Part shown: positions 9,987 through 19,582 of the stretch, piece after piece
How the letters are laid out: the number at the start of each line of letters is the position of its first letter
Numbering within the stretch: position 1 is the stretch's first letter
Notes under the pieces: model-generated
What the model was told of the DNA's origin: nothing
What the model saw: the letters and a program-made list of their open reading frames with translations, nothing else
Database searches by the model: none
Position numbers and translations under genes: made by a program
Assembly (NCBI GenBank): GCA_021513715.1
Contig: CP084167.1
Coordinates: 3,008,001-3,072,000, forward strand
Length of the DNA stretch: 64,000 nucleotides
Reading direction: 5' to 3'
Origin: Candidatus Heimdallarchaeum endolithica
Lineage (GTDB): Archaea > Asgardarchaeota > Heimdallarchaeia > Heimdallarchaeales > Heimdallarchaeaceae

Positions 9987-11771
9987 ATGAATATCCGAAC
10001 TAAAAGTGATTTTATTTTTGTGATTGTTGGTATATTTGTGTTCTCAGCTCTAAGAGTTGTTTATAGTCTTTTTGTTGTAAATTGGAGTAGTTATGTAAAA
10101 GGAGCAGCTACACCTTCATTTTTATTTTGGATAGATTTTATTTCCTATTTAGTGATTTTTCTGATATTTCTATTATATGGGTGGTATGTTCGAAGGAAAT
10201 TTGTTAAAAATAATCAAGATAAAGGAGACAATATTTTACATTACATAATAAAAATGTTTATTATAATTTATATTCCAATTTTTCTTATATCTTTAGTTGT
10301 TTTTCTTATAAAACAAATTAATCTAAAGGTGTATTATTCTACTTTAATATTCAATGAAACTGTTCAAATTGCATTTTTTAGCACATTAATAGGTACTCTT
10401 CTTTACAATCAAATTGAGCAGTTTTTTTCAAAAGTTTTTAAATCCTTTAACTATCAAAAGTACCCCTCTAAAGAGCTATCTCTTATTGAGCAATCAATGG
10501 TAAAAACAATAACACGTTATTGGAGTTATGGGCTATGCATAGTTCTCTTCTTTATATTTTTAGCAAATCTCTTGGTTCTGATTATTTATCCAAGTATCCC
10601 CGCAAATTATGATTCAGATATTAAACTAATTATTGCATACCCGAATTTTTCTTTTAGCTTCAATAACGAAACAGGTTTTCATCAAGAGTTTTTTACTTAT
10701 GTCAACCTTGATTATACCAAATTCCTTAACTGGAAATTGATACAATCTTTGCTTTGTATCTTATTAATTTTAGTGATGGTTTTACTTTACTATCTTCCCA
10801 TGCAAAAAAAAGAAACAGAACAAGTAAATGAGATTGAAAAGCACGAAGTAGAGGAAATTGAAGACCAAAAGCAAATTCAAAAAATAGAAAAAGAAACTCC
10901 TAAACAAAAAGAAAAAGTAAATAGTGATACAACTCTAGATCAAGAAATTGATTCTATTGTTTTTCTTAACGAAGAAGATGATTATTATACTCCGAAAGGT
11001 TTTATTAAAAAAAGAAATAGGCGATTTGAGCACTTGTTATCCCATATGAAAAAAAGTGACATTATTCCCGTAATGAATCTTGCAGCTTTGAATTTGGGTC
11101 TAGCTATGGTTTTTATTTATTTCCTTCAACTATTTGCTCCTTCAGCTTCTTTTTCAAGTTATTCATTGTCAGATTTTCTCTATATTCAACTTTCATCTTT
11201 ATATTGGGCGGGACTATTTGAAGAAATTTCTTTTAGATTCTTGATTATGGGTGTTCCCCTATTTTTTATTCATGGGGTTTATTATTTAGTAGTAAAACTT
11301 TTGCGATCTTCTAAATCAAAAAGAGAAGATAAAACAAAAGTAAAAGAAGAAAATAAGAAAAAAAGAACTTTAGAGAATCCTTTTCTTTACTTAACAGGTC
11401 GTTGGAAAAAGTTAAAAGTTATTGATTTTATTTTCTTAATAATTTCTTCTTTCTTCTTTGGATATGTTCATTACCAATTTGGAAGCTGGGCTGTTTGGAA
11501 AATTTTTCAAGCAGGGATCGCTGGAATTATTTTTGGGTATGCATACTATAAATTTGGTTTGCATGCTGCTATCTTTCTTCATACAGTAAATGATTTTGCA
11601 ATAGGATTAATGATTGTACCAAATTTAGGATTAATTATCCAAGGAGGATTTATAGTTTTAATGCTCATTTTAATGGGTGTAATGTATGCATTCTATGTTT
11701 TCTCATTATTTCTTAAGAAAACAATTAATTTAAACTTTAAAAAACTGAATAAGCAAAAAGAGGTAAACTAA
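9987..11771 (+). CDS. CPBP family (CAAX/Abi, Rce1-like) intramembrane protease with extended N-terminal TM region
   Basis: EExxxR (EEISFR), FxxxH (FGYVH), HxxxN/D (HTVND). Confidence 0.85.
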   Translation: MNIRTKSDFIFVIVGIFVFSALRVVYSLFVVNWSSYVKGAATPSFLFWIDFISYLVIFLIFLLYGWYVRRKFVKNNQDKGDNILHYIIKMFIIIYIPIFLISLVVFLIKQINLKVYYSTLIFNETVQIAFFSTLIGTLLYNQIEQFFSKVFKSFNYQKYPSKELSLIEQSMVKTITRYWSYGLCIVLFFIFLANLLVLIIYPSIPANYDSDIKLIIAYPNFSFSFNNETGFHQEFFTYVNLDYTKFLNWKLIQSLLCILLILVMVLLYYLPMQKKETEQVNEIEKHEVEEIEDQKQIQKIEKETPKQKEKVNSDTTLDQEIDSIVFLNEEDDYYTPKGFIKKRNRRFEHLLSHMKKSDIIPVMNLAALNLGLAMVFIYFLQLFAPSASFSSYSLSDFLYIQLSSLYWAGLFEEISFRFLIMGVPLFFIHGVYYLVVKLLRSSKSKREDKTKVKEENKKKRTLENPFLYLTGRWKKLKVIDFIFLIISSFFFGYVHYQFGSWAVWKIFQAGIAGIIFGYAYYKFGLHAAIFLHTVNDFAIGLMIVPNLGLIIQGGFIVLMLILMGVMYAFYVFSLFLKKTINLNFKKLNKQKEVN

Positions 11772-12358
11772 TGTCACTTGATAACAAACTATACTTTAAG
11801 GTTGTTTTAGCTGGGGAAGCAGGTGTAGGAAAAACAAGTCTTCGAAGAAGTTATCTTGGAGTGGGATTCCAAACACAGCATTTAAGCACTATAGGTGCAG
11901 ACTTTGCTAGTTACTCTACGAAGATAAATGAACAACGAGTGAATTTTCAGATTTGGGATTTAGCAGGTCAAGATATCTTTGAAAGTATGAGAAATTTATA
12001 TTATAAAGGGAGTTTGGGTGCATTAATGGTTTTTGATGTAACAGACATTTCTAGTTTAGATGCATTAAGTAACTGGATATCAGAATTAGAGAAGAATTCA
12101 GGAAGAGGAGTTGTTCCTTTTTCGATATTAGGAAACAAAATAGATTTGTTAGATAAGGAAGAACTTGAAAAAATAAGAAAAAAAGTAGATTTAATATTGA
12201 AAAAGTACAATAAAAAATTTGAAAGTAAAGGTTTTTCGATAAATTATTTTGAAACTTCTGCAAAAACTGGTCACAATGTTAAGATGGCTTTCAACAACCT
12301 TGGAGAAGCAATTTTTAATTATCTTGATTTCAGAAGAAAGAAGAGGGAAGAAAATTGA
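11771..12358 (+). CDS. Rab/Ras-like small GTPase
   Basis: G1 GEAGVGKTS, G2 STIGADF, G3 WDLAGQ, G4 NKID, G5 ETSAK. Confidence 0.95.
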   Translation: MSLDNKLYFKVVLAGEAGVGKTSLRRSYLGVGFQTQHLSTIGADFASYSTKINEQRVNFQIWDLAGQDIFESMRNLYYKGSLGALMVFDVTDISSLDALSNWISELEKNSGRGVVPFSILGNKIDLLDKEELEKIRKKVDLILKKYNKKFESKGFSINYFETSAKTGHNVKMAFNNLGEAIFNYLDFRRKKREEN

Positions 12359-14709
12359 AAAGCGTTGACATTGAACTGAAAGATTTACTAAAAACTGGAA
12401 AAAAAGAATCTATTGATATCAATAATTTAAAAAAACTGAAAAGTATAATCTTTTTTCTAAATGATGAAGATCGTGTAGTTAGACGTAATGCACAAGAGAT
12501 TCTTTTATCTGCGCCTATAATCCCAGTTAGCGAAATAGTTGATCTTTATCTTTCTGTGAATAGCGAATATGTTGCTGATTTTATACTTGAAAATTTAAAT
12601 ATCTTTTTGGTTGAGTTAGTAGACCGTTTTAACAGTAAAATAGATAGTATCCTTATTTCAGAGTTAATTAAAAAAATACCAGTTAAAGACTTGTTTGCTA
12701 CATTAGTTGAAATAGCTGAAATTACTCCTGTTTCAGCTAAAAAGGCAGAACTTATAATCAGAACATGTCACCCTTCTTTTTCAGAAAGTATGAATTCACT
12801 AATATCTTATGATTATATTGAAAATTTCAAGAAAGAAGTAAAAAAACTTCTCTCTATAAGACTTAAAGAGAATGATAAAAATATTACAACTCTAGTATTA
12901 AAAACAGTATGTTTCTTTCCTGAACTTCCTCCATTGATAGAGAAAGAGCTAATCGATATTATTAATCATTCAGATATAGAAGAGCACATAATTTATGCAA
13001 CTACAGCATTAATAAATGTTGATAATAAAAAGAACGCTCAAATTTTGGCTAATAGGCTTAAATATGGAAAAGATTCGGAAAAAGTAAAGTTAGCTATCAT
13101 TGAATCCCTTGGTAATTTAGGGAATCCAAAAATAGCTCCTATAATGATAGAGTTATTTGACGAGGGGGGACAAATAGCTTATTCTATATCTAAAAGCTTG
13201 GGGTCAATGGGTGTAGAAGTTTTGCCCTATTTAGTCCAAGCTCTAAAAGAGGACAAATATATTCCGAACATTGTAGAGGCTATGAAACGTATTGGAAGCG
13301 CAAGTTTTGAATATTTGATGACAAGTTTGGAAAAAGAACGGAATATACAAATTAGAAAAAATATTGCTCATTGTTTAACCTTGGTAATGCATGAACAATA
13401 TGGTTATGAAGGAACAATCAAACTTCTGACTAATGAACTAGCAGGAAAAAATCGGGAACTAGTAGATGCAGTAACTCAAGCATTAATAAATTTAGGTACT
13501 CCTTCTATAGAATATCTGATCGATGAACTAAATGATAAAGATCGAGAATTAAGGAAAAATGCAGTAAAGATACTTGAACATTTTGGAGAAGGAAATATTG
13601 AAATTGCTCTCGATGGACTACTTGAAACAGATGAAGATAGAGTAGGTACTTTAAGTATTATATTATACATTTATCATCCTGATGAAAGACTGAGAAAATT
13701 GGGTTATTCTTTTGCTATTCATAAAGGAAATCTAAGAGCAAAGAAAAATGATAATTTATTGATGATACTAACTGATGCACTGAATGAAATTGACCCCTAT
13801 ATTCGTATTCGTTCATGTGATATGCTTGAATACTTCAAAAGTAAAGCTATTCCTCATTTAACTAAACTTCTATCAGACCCCAATATTTTAGTTAAGAGAA
13901 AAGCAGCAGAAGCACTACGCACAATAAAAAGTAAAAGAGCATTGATTGCGTTGATGAACGCTGCAACAGATAAAGACCCTATAGTATCAGAAATATCGAC
14001 AAGGGCTTTGGGAGAGTTAGGAGACCCAGGAGTCGTAGATATTATTCTTGCAAACCTAAAGAGAAATAGTCAAACTATTTATGAAGCATCAGTTTACGCT
14101 CTCTCACAATTGGGTACGCCTATACTGAACAAAATAACAAAGGAATTGAGTAGCTCCAATAAGAAAGTCGTAGATGGTATAGTTGATGCAGTTTCAAAAA
14201 TAGGTGTAGTTGGATTAGAAATTCTGATAAAGAAATATTTAGAAGAAAATGGAAGAAGAGTCTCTCAAATTGAACGAATAATCGGAAAGATGGGCGAGAC
14301 AGCGATACCTGAAATATTAAAAATATATGAAAGGATTAATGATTCTCAAAAGAAAGAAAAGTTGTTGAAATTAAGAGCTAAAATTAAAGATACTTCAGTA
14401 GCGACAGAAATAGTTGAAAAGATTCAAAAACCATCAAGTAAAAAAATAGCAATTGAACTTATAAATTTAATAGGTGTTGAGTGTGCTCATAAGCTAGTTG
14501 ATGAACTGCTTAAATTAGAGCAAAATAAGGTTAAAAGAATTTTCACAAAGAATATAAAAATTGAACCAAAAATATTAGTTTCAATTATTAAGGAATTGAA
14601 ATTAAGAGAACAACAGCAATTGGCTTTGCATCTTATTAATCAAAACCAAAAAGCGTTAAAGAAATTTGTAAGTGAGAATCCAGAATTTGAAAGTTTGTTT
14701 GAAGGATAA
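12355..14709 (+). CDS. HEAT-repeat (alpha-solenoid) protein
   Basis: Repeated L.D.D..VR..A..AL..LG units (LSDPNILVKRKAAEAL, TDKDPIVSEISTRALGELG). Confidence 0.9.
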   Translation: MKSVDIELKDLLKTGKKESIDINNLKKLKSIIFFLNDEDRVVRRNAQEILLSAPIIPVSEIVDLYLSVNSEYVADFILENLNIFLVELVDRFNSKIDSILISELIKKIPVKDLFATLVEIAEITPVSAKKAELIIRTCHPSFSESMNSLISYDYIENFKKEVKKLLSIRLKENDKNITTLVLKTVCFFPELPPLIEKELIDIINHSDIEEHIIYATTALINVDNKKNAQILANRLKYGKDSEKVKLAIIESLGNLGNPKIAPIMIELFDEGGQIAYSISKSLGSMGVEVLPYLVQALKEDKYIPNIVEAMKRIGSASFEYLMTSLEKERNIQIRKNIAHCLTLVMHEQYGYEGTIKLLTNELAGKNRELVDAVTQALINLGTPSIEYLIDELNDKDRELRKNAVKILEHFGEGNIEIALDGLLETDEDRVGTLSIILYIYHPDERLRKLGYSFAIHKGNLRAKKNDNLLMILTDALNEIDPYIRIRSCDMLEYFKSKAIPHLTKLLSDPNILVKRKAAEALRTIKSKRALIALMNAATDKDPIVSEISTRALGELGDPGVVDIILANLKRNSQTIYEASVYALSQLGTPILNKITKELSSSNKKVVDGIVDAVSKIGVVGLEILIKKYLEENGRRVSQIERIIGKMGETAIPEILKIYERINDSQKKEKLLKLRAKIKDTSVATEIVEKIQKPSSKKIAIELINLIGVECAHKLVDELLKLEQNKVKRIFTKNIKIEPKILVSIIKELKLREQQQLALHLINQNQKALKKFVSENPEFESLFEG

Positions 14710-14710
14710 A

Positions 14711-15715
14711 CTAAAATTCTTTTTTTTCAATTTTTCCTTTTTGTATTTGTGGTATTAACTCTTTTATCAGTAAAGGAAGTAAGTTAAGTTCCATGTGAAA
14801 AGGAGAGTAGATCTCTAAAGTTTTTTCATTTAAATTAAAATAAGGTTTTTCAACTGTTTGTACAAGATAATGGTCTAAAATTTTGAAATCTTGAATGGTT
14901 GAAAAGAGTTTGGAAAAATTTTCAGTTAATTGTTGTAAACTATTCTCTTTTTCTGATTTTGAAGTAAGCTGGAAAAGGTTTAGATACCCTTCTGTCTCCA
15001 TGTTAATATATAATTTAGTTGTGTTGTCAATCAAATTTATTCTTGGAAATTTTTCTACTAAAGGTGTTTTAGCTGCTAGAACATTAATTAGTTTATTTCT
15101 CCCAGGAAAAATAGTATGATCTGTCAGTATCAAAAATTCTTTAAAACCGACCTTTTTACTTTTAAAGAGAAATTCCTTATTCTTTTGGTTGTAACTGACT
15201 TCTTCTCTCTTATATTCTATTAATTCTACCTTTAGTTTTTTTAGTTCATCTAAAATATAAGCTGTTAAACCTCCTAAATTATTTATTACAAGTGAGGAAT
15301 CAGAAATTAATCCCTTGTTATATTTCTCTGAATTTAATAAAGGGAGGGTTTGTTTAATCTCTTTTTGTTTTAAAATACTACAATCCATATTAGAATTTTG
15401 CAATTTATTATACATCTCTTCAGTTTCACGTAGAGAACTGTTTAGAATTAATAGTGAAGCTTTTGAGATATCAAAAGATTTTGTAGTATAAAATAAATCA
15501 TTATAAAATTCTAAAGAGGTAGTCAATATTTGTTCAATTTTTTCAGGTCGGTATGAAAATATTGGATAAACAAAACTAGGGAGAAAAAGACTGTTGCGAA
15601 TAAGCTCTTCGTTGTAAAAATAAGATATATTTAGGTTTGAATTTGCATTTATTATTTCATAGGCTAAAATTAAGCTGGTGAGATTATTTCCAACGACAAC
15701 TATGTCTCTTTCCAT
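14711..15715 (-). CDS. Divergent FAD-dependent oxidoreductase (DAO-like) fold protein
   Basis: N-terminal Rossmann-like DIVVVGNNLTSLILAYEI lacking GxGxxG; EIKQTLPLL segment typical of DAO family. Confidence 0.5.
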   Translation of the reverse strand: MERDIVVVGNNLTSLILAYEIINANSNLNISYFYNEELIRNSLFLPSFVYPIFSYRPEKIEQILTTSLEFYNDLFYTTKSFDISKASLLILNSSLRETEEMYNKLQNSNMDCSILKQKEIKQTLPLLNSEKYNKGLISDSSLVINNLGGLTAYILDELKKLKVELIEYKREEVSYNQKNKEFLFKSKKVGFKEFLILTDHTIFPGRNKLINVLAAKTPLVEKFPRINLIDNTTKLYINMETEGYLNLFQLTSKSEKENSLQQLTENFSKLFSTIQDFKILDHYLVQTVEKPYFNLNEKTLEIYSPFHMELNLLPLLIKELIPQIQKGKIEKKEF

Positions 15716-15766
15716 TATTCAAATATTAACAAATGTATTTATAAATTCGATTGTGTAGAGAAACGT

Positions 15767-16042
15767 ATGTCATATGTGATAAAATTAAAAGTAATTAAAC
15801 AAGAAGGACATTGTGCTTCAGGGCACAAAGTAGGGGATGAAATCGAGATTAATTATAATGATAATTCAATAAAAGGAAAAATATGTCTTCACGCTCTCTA
15901 TTCTATTCTTCCTAAAGTTTTTGCTATGGCGTATGGAGCTGAGTTTCCTTGGTTAGAAAATGCTGATGTTTCTACACATGCCTGTCCAGATTACAAGAAT
16001 CCAGTGGTTTTTGAGGTTAGAAGAGAAAAAATAAAAGAATAA
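15767..16042 (+). CDS. TIGR04076-like small Cys-containing protein
   Basis: GHCASGHKVGD, ICLHAL, ACPD..NPVVFEV. Confidence 0.8.
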   Translation: MSYVIKLKVIKQEGHCASGHKVGDEIEINYNDNSIKGKICLHALYSILPKVFAMAYGAEFPWLENADVSTHACPDYKNPVVFEVRREKIKE

Positions 16043-16081
16043 TTTAGTTCTATATATTCTTGAAATGAAAAAAAAAGGATG

Positions 16082-17002
16082 CTACCCTCTGACCAATTTT
16101 ATTATTGCATCTATTATAAAATCCAACAGAAATACTAGGAATACAATTAATAATATCTCTTTTGTAGTATATGCCCATTTAGGATTTTGAGTAATGATTA
16201 TGGCTATAGCTAAACCTAATACTAGTACAGCTAAGGTAATAGCAATAATAAGTGAGGGTAAGTATAAGTCAGCAATAATCATAGCACCAATAGCTCCACC
16301 TGCGAGACCTAGAAGGAAAAAAGCACCTATGATACCTGCTACTCTTGGACCAAAGAGAACAGCTATAGTTTTGTTTCCTGCTTTTTTATCCCCTTCGATG
16401 TCTGGTAAACCTTTTATTACTTCTCTTCCTACATTACCAGAAGCTGCTGCGAGACCAACAATTGTTGGAACCCAAGTAAAACCTTGTTGATAAACAAAAT
16501 AACTGAATAAAGATCCATAGACAAAGAGAGCTACAACATTTAATCCAATAAGTACATTACCAAAAAATCCCATCTGCTTTACTTTGAAATTGTATAAGTT
16601 TAATGAACTTCCAAATATTAAGGCAGTAATAACACTTATTCCTGGTAAACCTTCTCTGACATCGATTAACAAAGCTAAAATTAACGCGATCAAGGCGACA
16701 ATTATACCATAAATAATTGCAGTTTTTACTGATATTTTCTTTGATGGTATAGGTCTGTGTGGAGCATTTATTAGATCCTCTTCTCTATCTGCAATATCAT
16801 TAAAAATCATAGCTTGAGAGGAAACTAGCATACCTGATAATAGAACGAGTAAAAGGGTTATATAATCAATTTTTGTTCCTACAGGAGTTGATAAAATAAT
16901 AGCAAAAATTGCAGCTGTTCCTGCTACTATGCCATTTACTAACCTAAGAATTGTTATATAGGAAAGAAAAATATCCTTCTTCGAATGTTTTGCTAAAGAC
17001 AT
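16082..17002 (-). CDS. UbiA family prenyltransferase, likely digeranylgeranylglyceryl phosphate synthase
   Basis: NDIADREEDLINAPHRPIPS and REVIKGLPDIEGD motifs. Confidence 0.85.
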   Translation of the reverse strand: MSLAKHSKKDIFLSYITILRLVNGIVAGTAAIFAIILSTPVGTKIDYITLLLVLLSGMLVSSQAMIFNDIADREEDLINAPHRPIPSKKISVKTAIIYGIIVALIALILALLIDVREGLPGISVITALIFGSSLNLYNFKVKQMGFFGNVLIGLNVVALFVYGSLFSYFVYQQGFTWVPTIVGLAAASGNVGREVIKGLPDIEGDKKAGNKTIAVLFGPRVAGIIGAFFLLGLAGGAIGAMIIADLYLPSLIIAITLAVLVLGLAIAIIITQNPKWAYTTKEILLIVFLVFLLDFIIDAIIKLVRG

Positions 17003-17057
17003 AAGGTCTAATCATTAACAGATGAATTTAAATCTTACCTCTTTTTTTATGTATAAA

Positions 17058-17225
17058 TTATTCTCTCTTCTTCCCAGTGATTTCAAATGTTTTGATTTCA
17101 TTACTACTATCTGGAAGTTTTAGCAGTTCTAAAAGAGATAAGATCATTTTACCAAATAATTTTTCCATAAACTCATTTAAGGGAACTTCTTTATCATTTA
17201 TTTTTACTTCTATTTCATCTAACAT
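17058..17225 (-). CDS. Small hypothetical protein (resembles C-terminal domain of some MobB proteins)
   Basis: VKINDKEVPLNEFMEK..ILSLLELLK pattern. Confidence 0.5.
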   Translation of the reverse strand: MLDEIEVKINDKEVPLNEFMEKLFGKMILSLLELLKLPDSSNEIKTFEITGKKRE

Positions 17226-17441
17226 GGAAAAAGAAAACACTAATGAGTTTATTAATTTTATCTTAATTTCAAAAAAACAATTACTATTTCCTATTGTTTC
17301 ATTATTTACAAGGCATTAAATATATGAGTTAAGAATTCCTTTATCACTTTTGTATAAGCAATTGAAAAATTTAAAGAAAAGAAACAATAAAATTATATTT
17401 AAATATCATGAGCGTAGGTAAGAATATAGGTGTAAATTTTC

Positions 17442-18452
17442 ATGGAAGTAGGTGTGTTAATTTTTTTGCTACTAATTGCATTAGCAGTGTACATATCTCT
17501 AAGAGTTTATTCTACTAATAAGAAAAAGAGAAAAGTTTATCGTAAAAGATATCAACCTTATCAACCTTACAGACCTTATCAACCATCACACCTAGATTCT
17601 TCTCGAAGAGCAAGTTATCAAAGTGAACAATCTACTCCAACAACAAGGAGTTCTCCTACTTATCAACCTCAGACTAAACCGTCTTATACTCCCAGTTATT
17701 CCCCAAGAAGAACCCCTGTAGTAACAAATAATGCAGATGATTACTATCGTGCAGGAATGTATGATAGAGCAAAGGAAGAATATCTTAAGACAGGAAGAAT
17801 ATTTGGTGCAGCGAAATCTGTTGCCTCTAAAGGAAAAGAGTATGTAAAAGAAGCTTTAGAAATAATTAAACAATATGCTCCTGAAAGAGAAGAAGAAATG
17901 ATAAGAAATCTTTCAAGATACTTTTTTGATAGTGGAGAAGTAGAATTATCAGCACAGGTATTATATGATTATAACCTTATTGAAGAAGCTAAAGCAGTTT
18001 TAGCAACTATAGGAAAGAGTATAGACGATATAGTAGAACCTAAATCTGTAGAAATTAGCACATTCAGCAGTACTGAGCCCTTTATGTCTAGTACTGAAAC
18101 AGAAACTGAAACTATTATTTCCAGTTTTGCTAGTGATACTGAGCCAATAAGTGATGCAAGAGAAGAGTTAAGAGTATTGGCGAATGAAGAAGAAACAGAA
18201 CCAATTGAACCTTTTTCAAGCCAAGTTGAAGAAACAAAAAAAATAGAACCTCAAAAATTAAAGATAGCTACAGTAGATTTAGAAGAGAGATGTACTGTTT
18301 GTTTAGGGGAGATAAAGGCAGGAGAAAGTTTTGTTAGATGTCCTCATTGTGGAAAACCCTCGCATTATTCTCATTTAGTAGAATGGTTGAAAGTTAAAAC
18401 TCAATGTCCTAATTGTAGAAATAAACTGTCGTTGAATATGTTTAAAACATAA
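17442..18452 (+). CDS. Membrane-anchored RING-finger protein (putative E3 ligase)
   Basis: N-terminal TM helix plus basic stop-transfer; C-terminal CTVC..CPHC..H..H..W..CPNC. Confidence 0.8.
   Translation: MEVGVLIFLLLIALAVYISLRVYSTNKKKRKVYRKRYQPYQPYRPYQPSHLDSSRRASYQSEQSTPTTRSSPTYQPQTKPSYTPSYSPRRTPVVTNNADDYYRAGMYDRAKEEYLKTGRIFGAAKSVASKGKEYVKEALEIIKQYAPEREEEMIRNLSRYFFDSGEVELSAQVLYDYNLIEEAKAVLATIGKSIDDIVEPKSVEISTFSSTEPFMSSTETETETIISSFASDTEPISDAREELRVLANEEETEPIEPFSSQVEETKKIEPQKLKIATVDLEERCTVCLGEIKAGESFVRCPHCGKPSHYSHLVEWLKVKTQCPNCRNKLSLNMFKT
17550..17585 (+). repeat. 4 x 9-bp tandem repeat encoding YQP-YQP-YRP-YQP
   Basis: TATCAACCT TATCAACCT TACAGACCT TATCAACCA. Confidence 0.8.
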
Positions 18453-18461
18453 TCAAATGTT

Positions 18462-18950
18462 TTATTTTTCTTCTACTCCTTCATTTTGATATATACCACT
18501 ATAACCTTCAGTTACTTTTTTTTTCATTTCAAAAAAAACTAGTTGGGCGATTCTAGCATCTTGATGAAGATTTATTGTTCTTGAAGTATATAAAAGACCT
18601 ATTCCTCTCCCTTTGTATCCAGGGTCCCACAAAGCAGAAAAAATTGTTGCTCCGATTCTCATTAGTGAGGAACGAGGAAGAAGAATTGCAGCCATGTTGA
18701 GAGGTACTTTTACTATCTCGTTATATTGAACAACATATCCACCTGGCTGAAGAACCCAAGAATTATTGCTTTTTGGTAGTTCAACATAGTTTGGAATAAA
18801 TCTCTGTGAATTGTCAAAATCTAGTTCTCCACCATCATCAAGAATAAAGATATTTCGTACAGTAAGATCAATACCTGCACTTTGAACTTGTTTTTCTATA
18901 TTGACAGCAGAACTAACATTATTTATGATAAAAGAAGGAGGAATAATCAT
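18462..18950 (-). CDS. Archaeal dUTPase / dCTP deaminase family
   Basis: QVQSAGIDLT, PRSSLMR, WDPGYKG, RIAQLVF, YSGIYQ. Confidence 0.9.
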   Translation of the reverse strand: MIIPPSFIINNVSSAVNIEKQVQSAGIDLTVRNIFILDDGGELDFDNSQRFIPNYVELPKSNNSWVLQPGGYVVQYNEIVKVPLNMAAILLPRSSLMRIGATIFSALWDPGYKGRGIGLLYTSRTINLHQDARIAQLVFFEMKKKVTEGYSGIYQNEGVEEK

Positions 18951-19024
18951 ATACTATCACATTCTTATTGTAGTTGCCAAATTTCAAATTGAACTATTGT
19001 TATTTTTTTTCTAATTTCAATCTA

Positions 19025-19342
19025 TTAATTGAAATAGGAATTAAGTTTCTTTTCTTTTTGACAAATATTGCAGTTTTCGTCTTGATAGCTCAATATGTCT
19101 TTTGCAATTTTAGCATTATGTCTATCTCTCTGTATACTATAGCAAAGTTTTGAAGGAGAACATGTGCCTTTTGTAAAATAAGTCTTCTTATTTGCATTAT
19201 AGAAAAGTTTTCCCCCTTTTAACGGACAGTTACAAACTTCAATATATACAGGAGAGTTGTCATAATTAATGTTAGTTATTTTGGCAAGAGCTTTTTCCAA
19301 CCTATTATCCAAATAATGATCTTGAACTTTTTGATAAGTCAT
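19025..19342 (-). CDS. Small Cys-rich hypothetical protein
   Basis: 105 aa with 6 Cys (CNC, C..C, CNIC); TATA-like box about 25 nt upstream suggests a leaderless mRNA. Confidence 0.55.
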   Translation of the reverse strand: MTYQKVQDHYLDNRLEKALAKITNINYDNSPVYIEVCNCPLKGGKLFYNANKKTYFTKGTCSPSKLCYSIQRDRHNAKIAKDILSYQDENCNICQKEKKLNSYFN

Positions 19343-19360
19343 TGTAATTAAGTTACAATG
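19340..19360. promoter_or_regulatory. Inverted repeat CATTGTAA-TTAAG-TTACAATG in the radA-divergent intergenic region
   Basis: 8-bp perfect arms; core GTAATTAAGTTAC matches the alba palindrome at 12/13 nt. Confidence 0.45.
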
Positions 19361-19582
19361 TTAAGTATAAAGATGTGTAATACTTAAGAATTATAGTTAA
19401 CTAAATTAGCATATTTTCTCAATAACATCAAAGCACTTGTTGGGTATTTTTCGTAACTAGTAAAGTAAAACTTTCAAGTATATTCACAAAGAGAAACTAG
19501 ATTGATTTTTTTTTCAAAAACACTTTAAATAGTGAATTGACTTCTGGTGTACAGAGAGAATTATAGAAAAGAAGTGAAGAAA

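Noticed and set aside
11771-12358. GTPase as a prenylated CAAX substrate
   Set aside because: No C-terminal cysteine in this GTPase or in the one at 24335-24874
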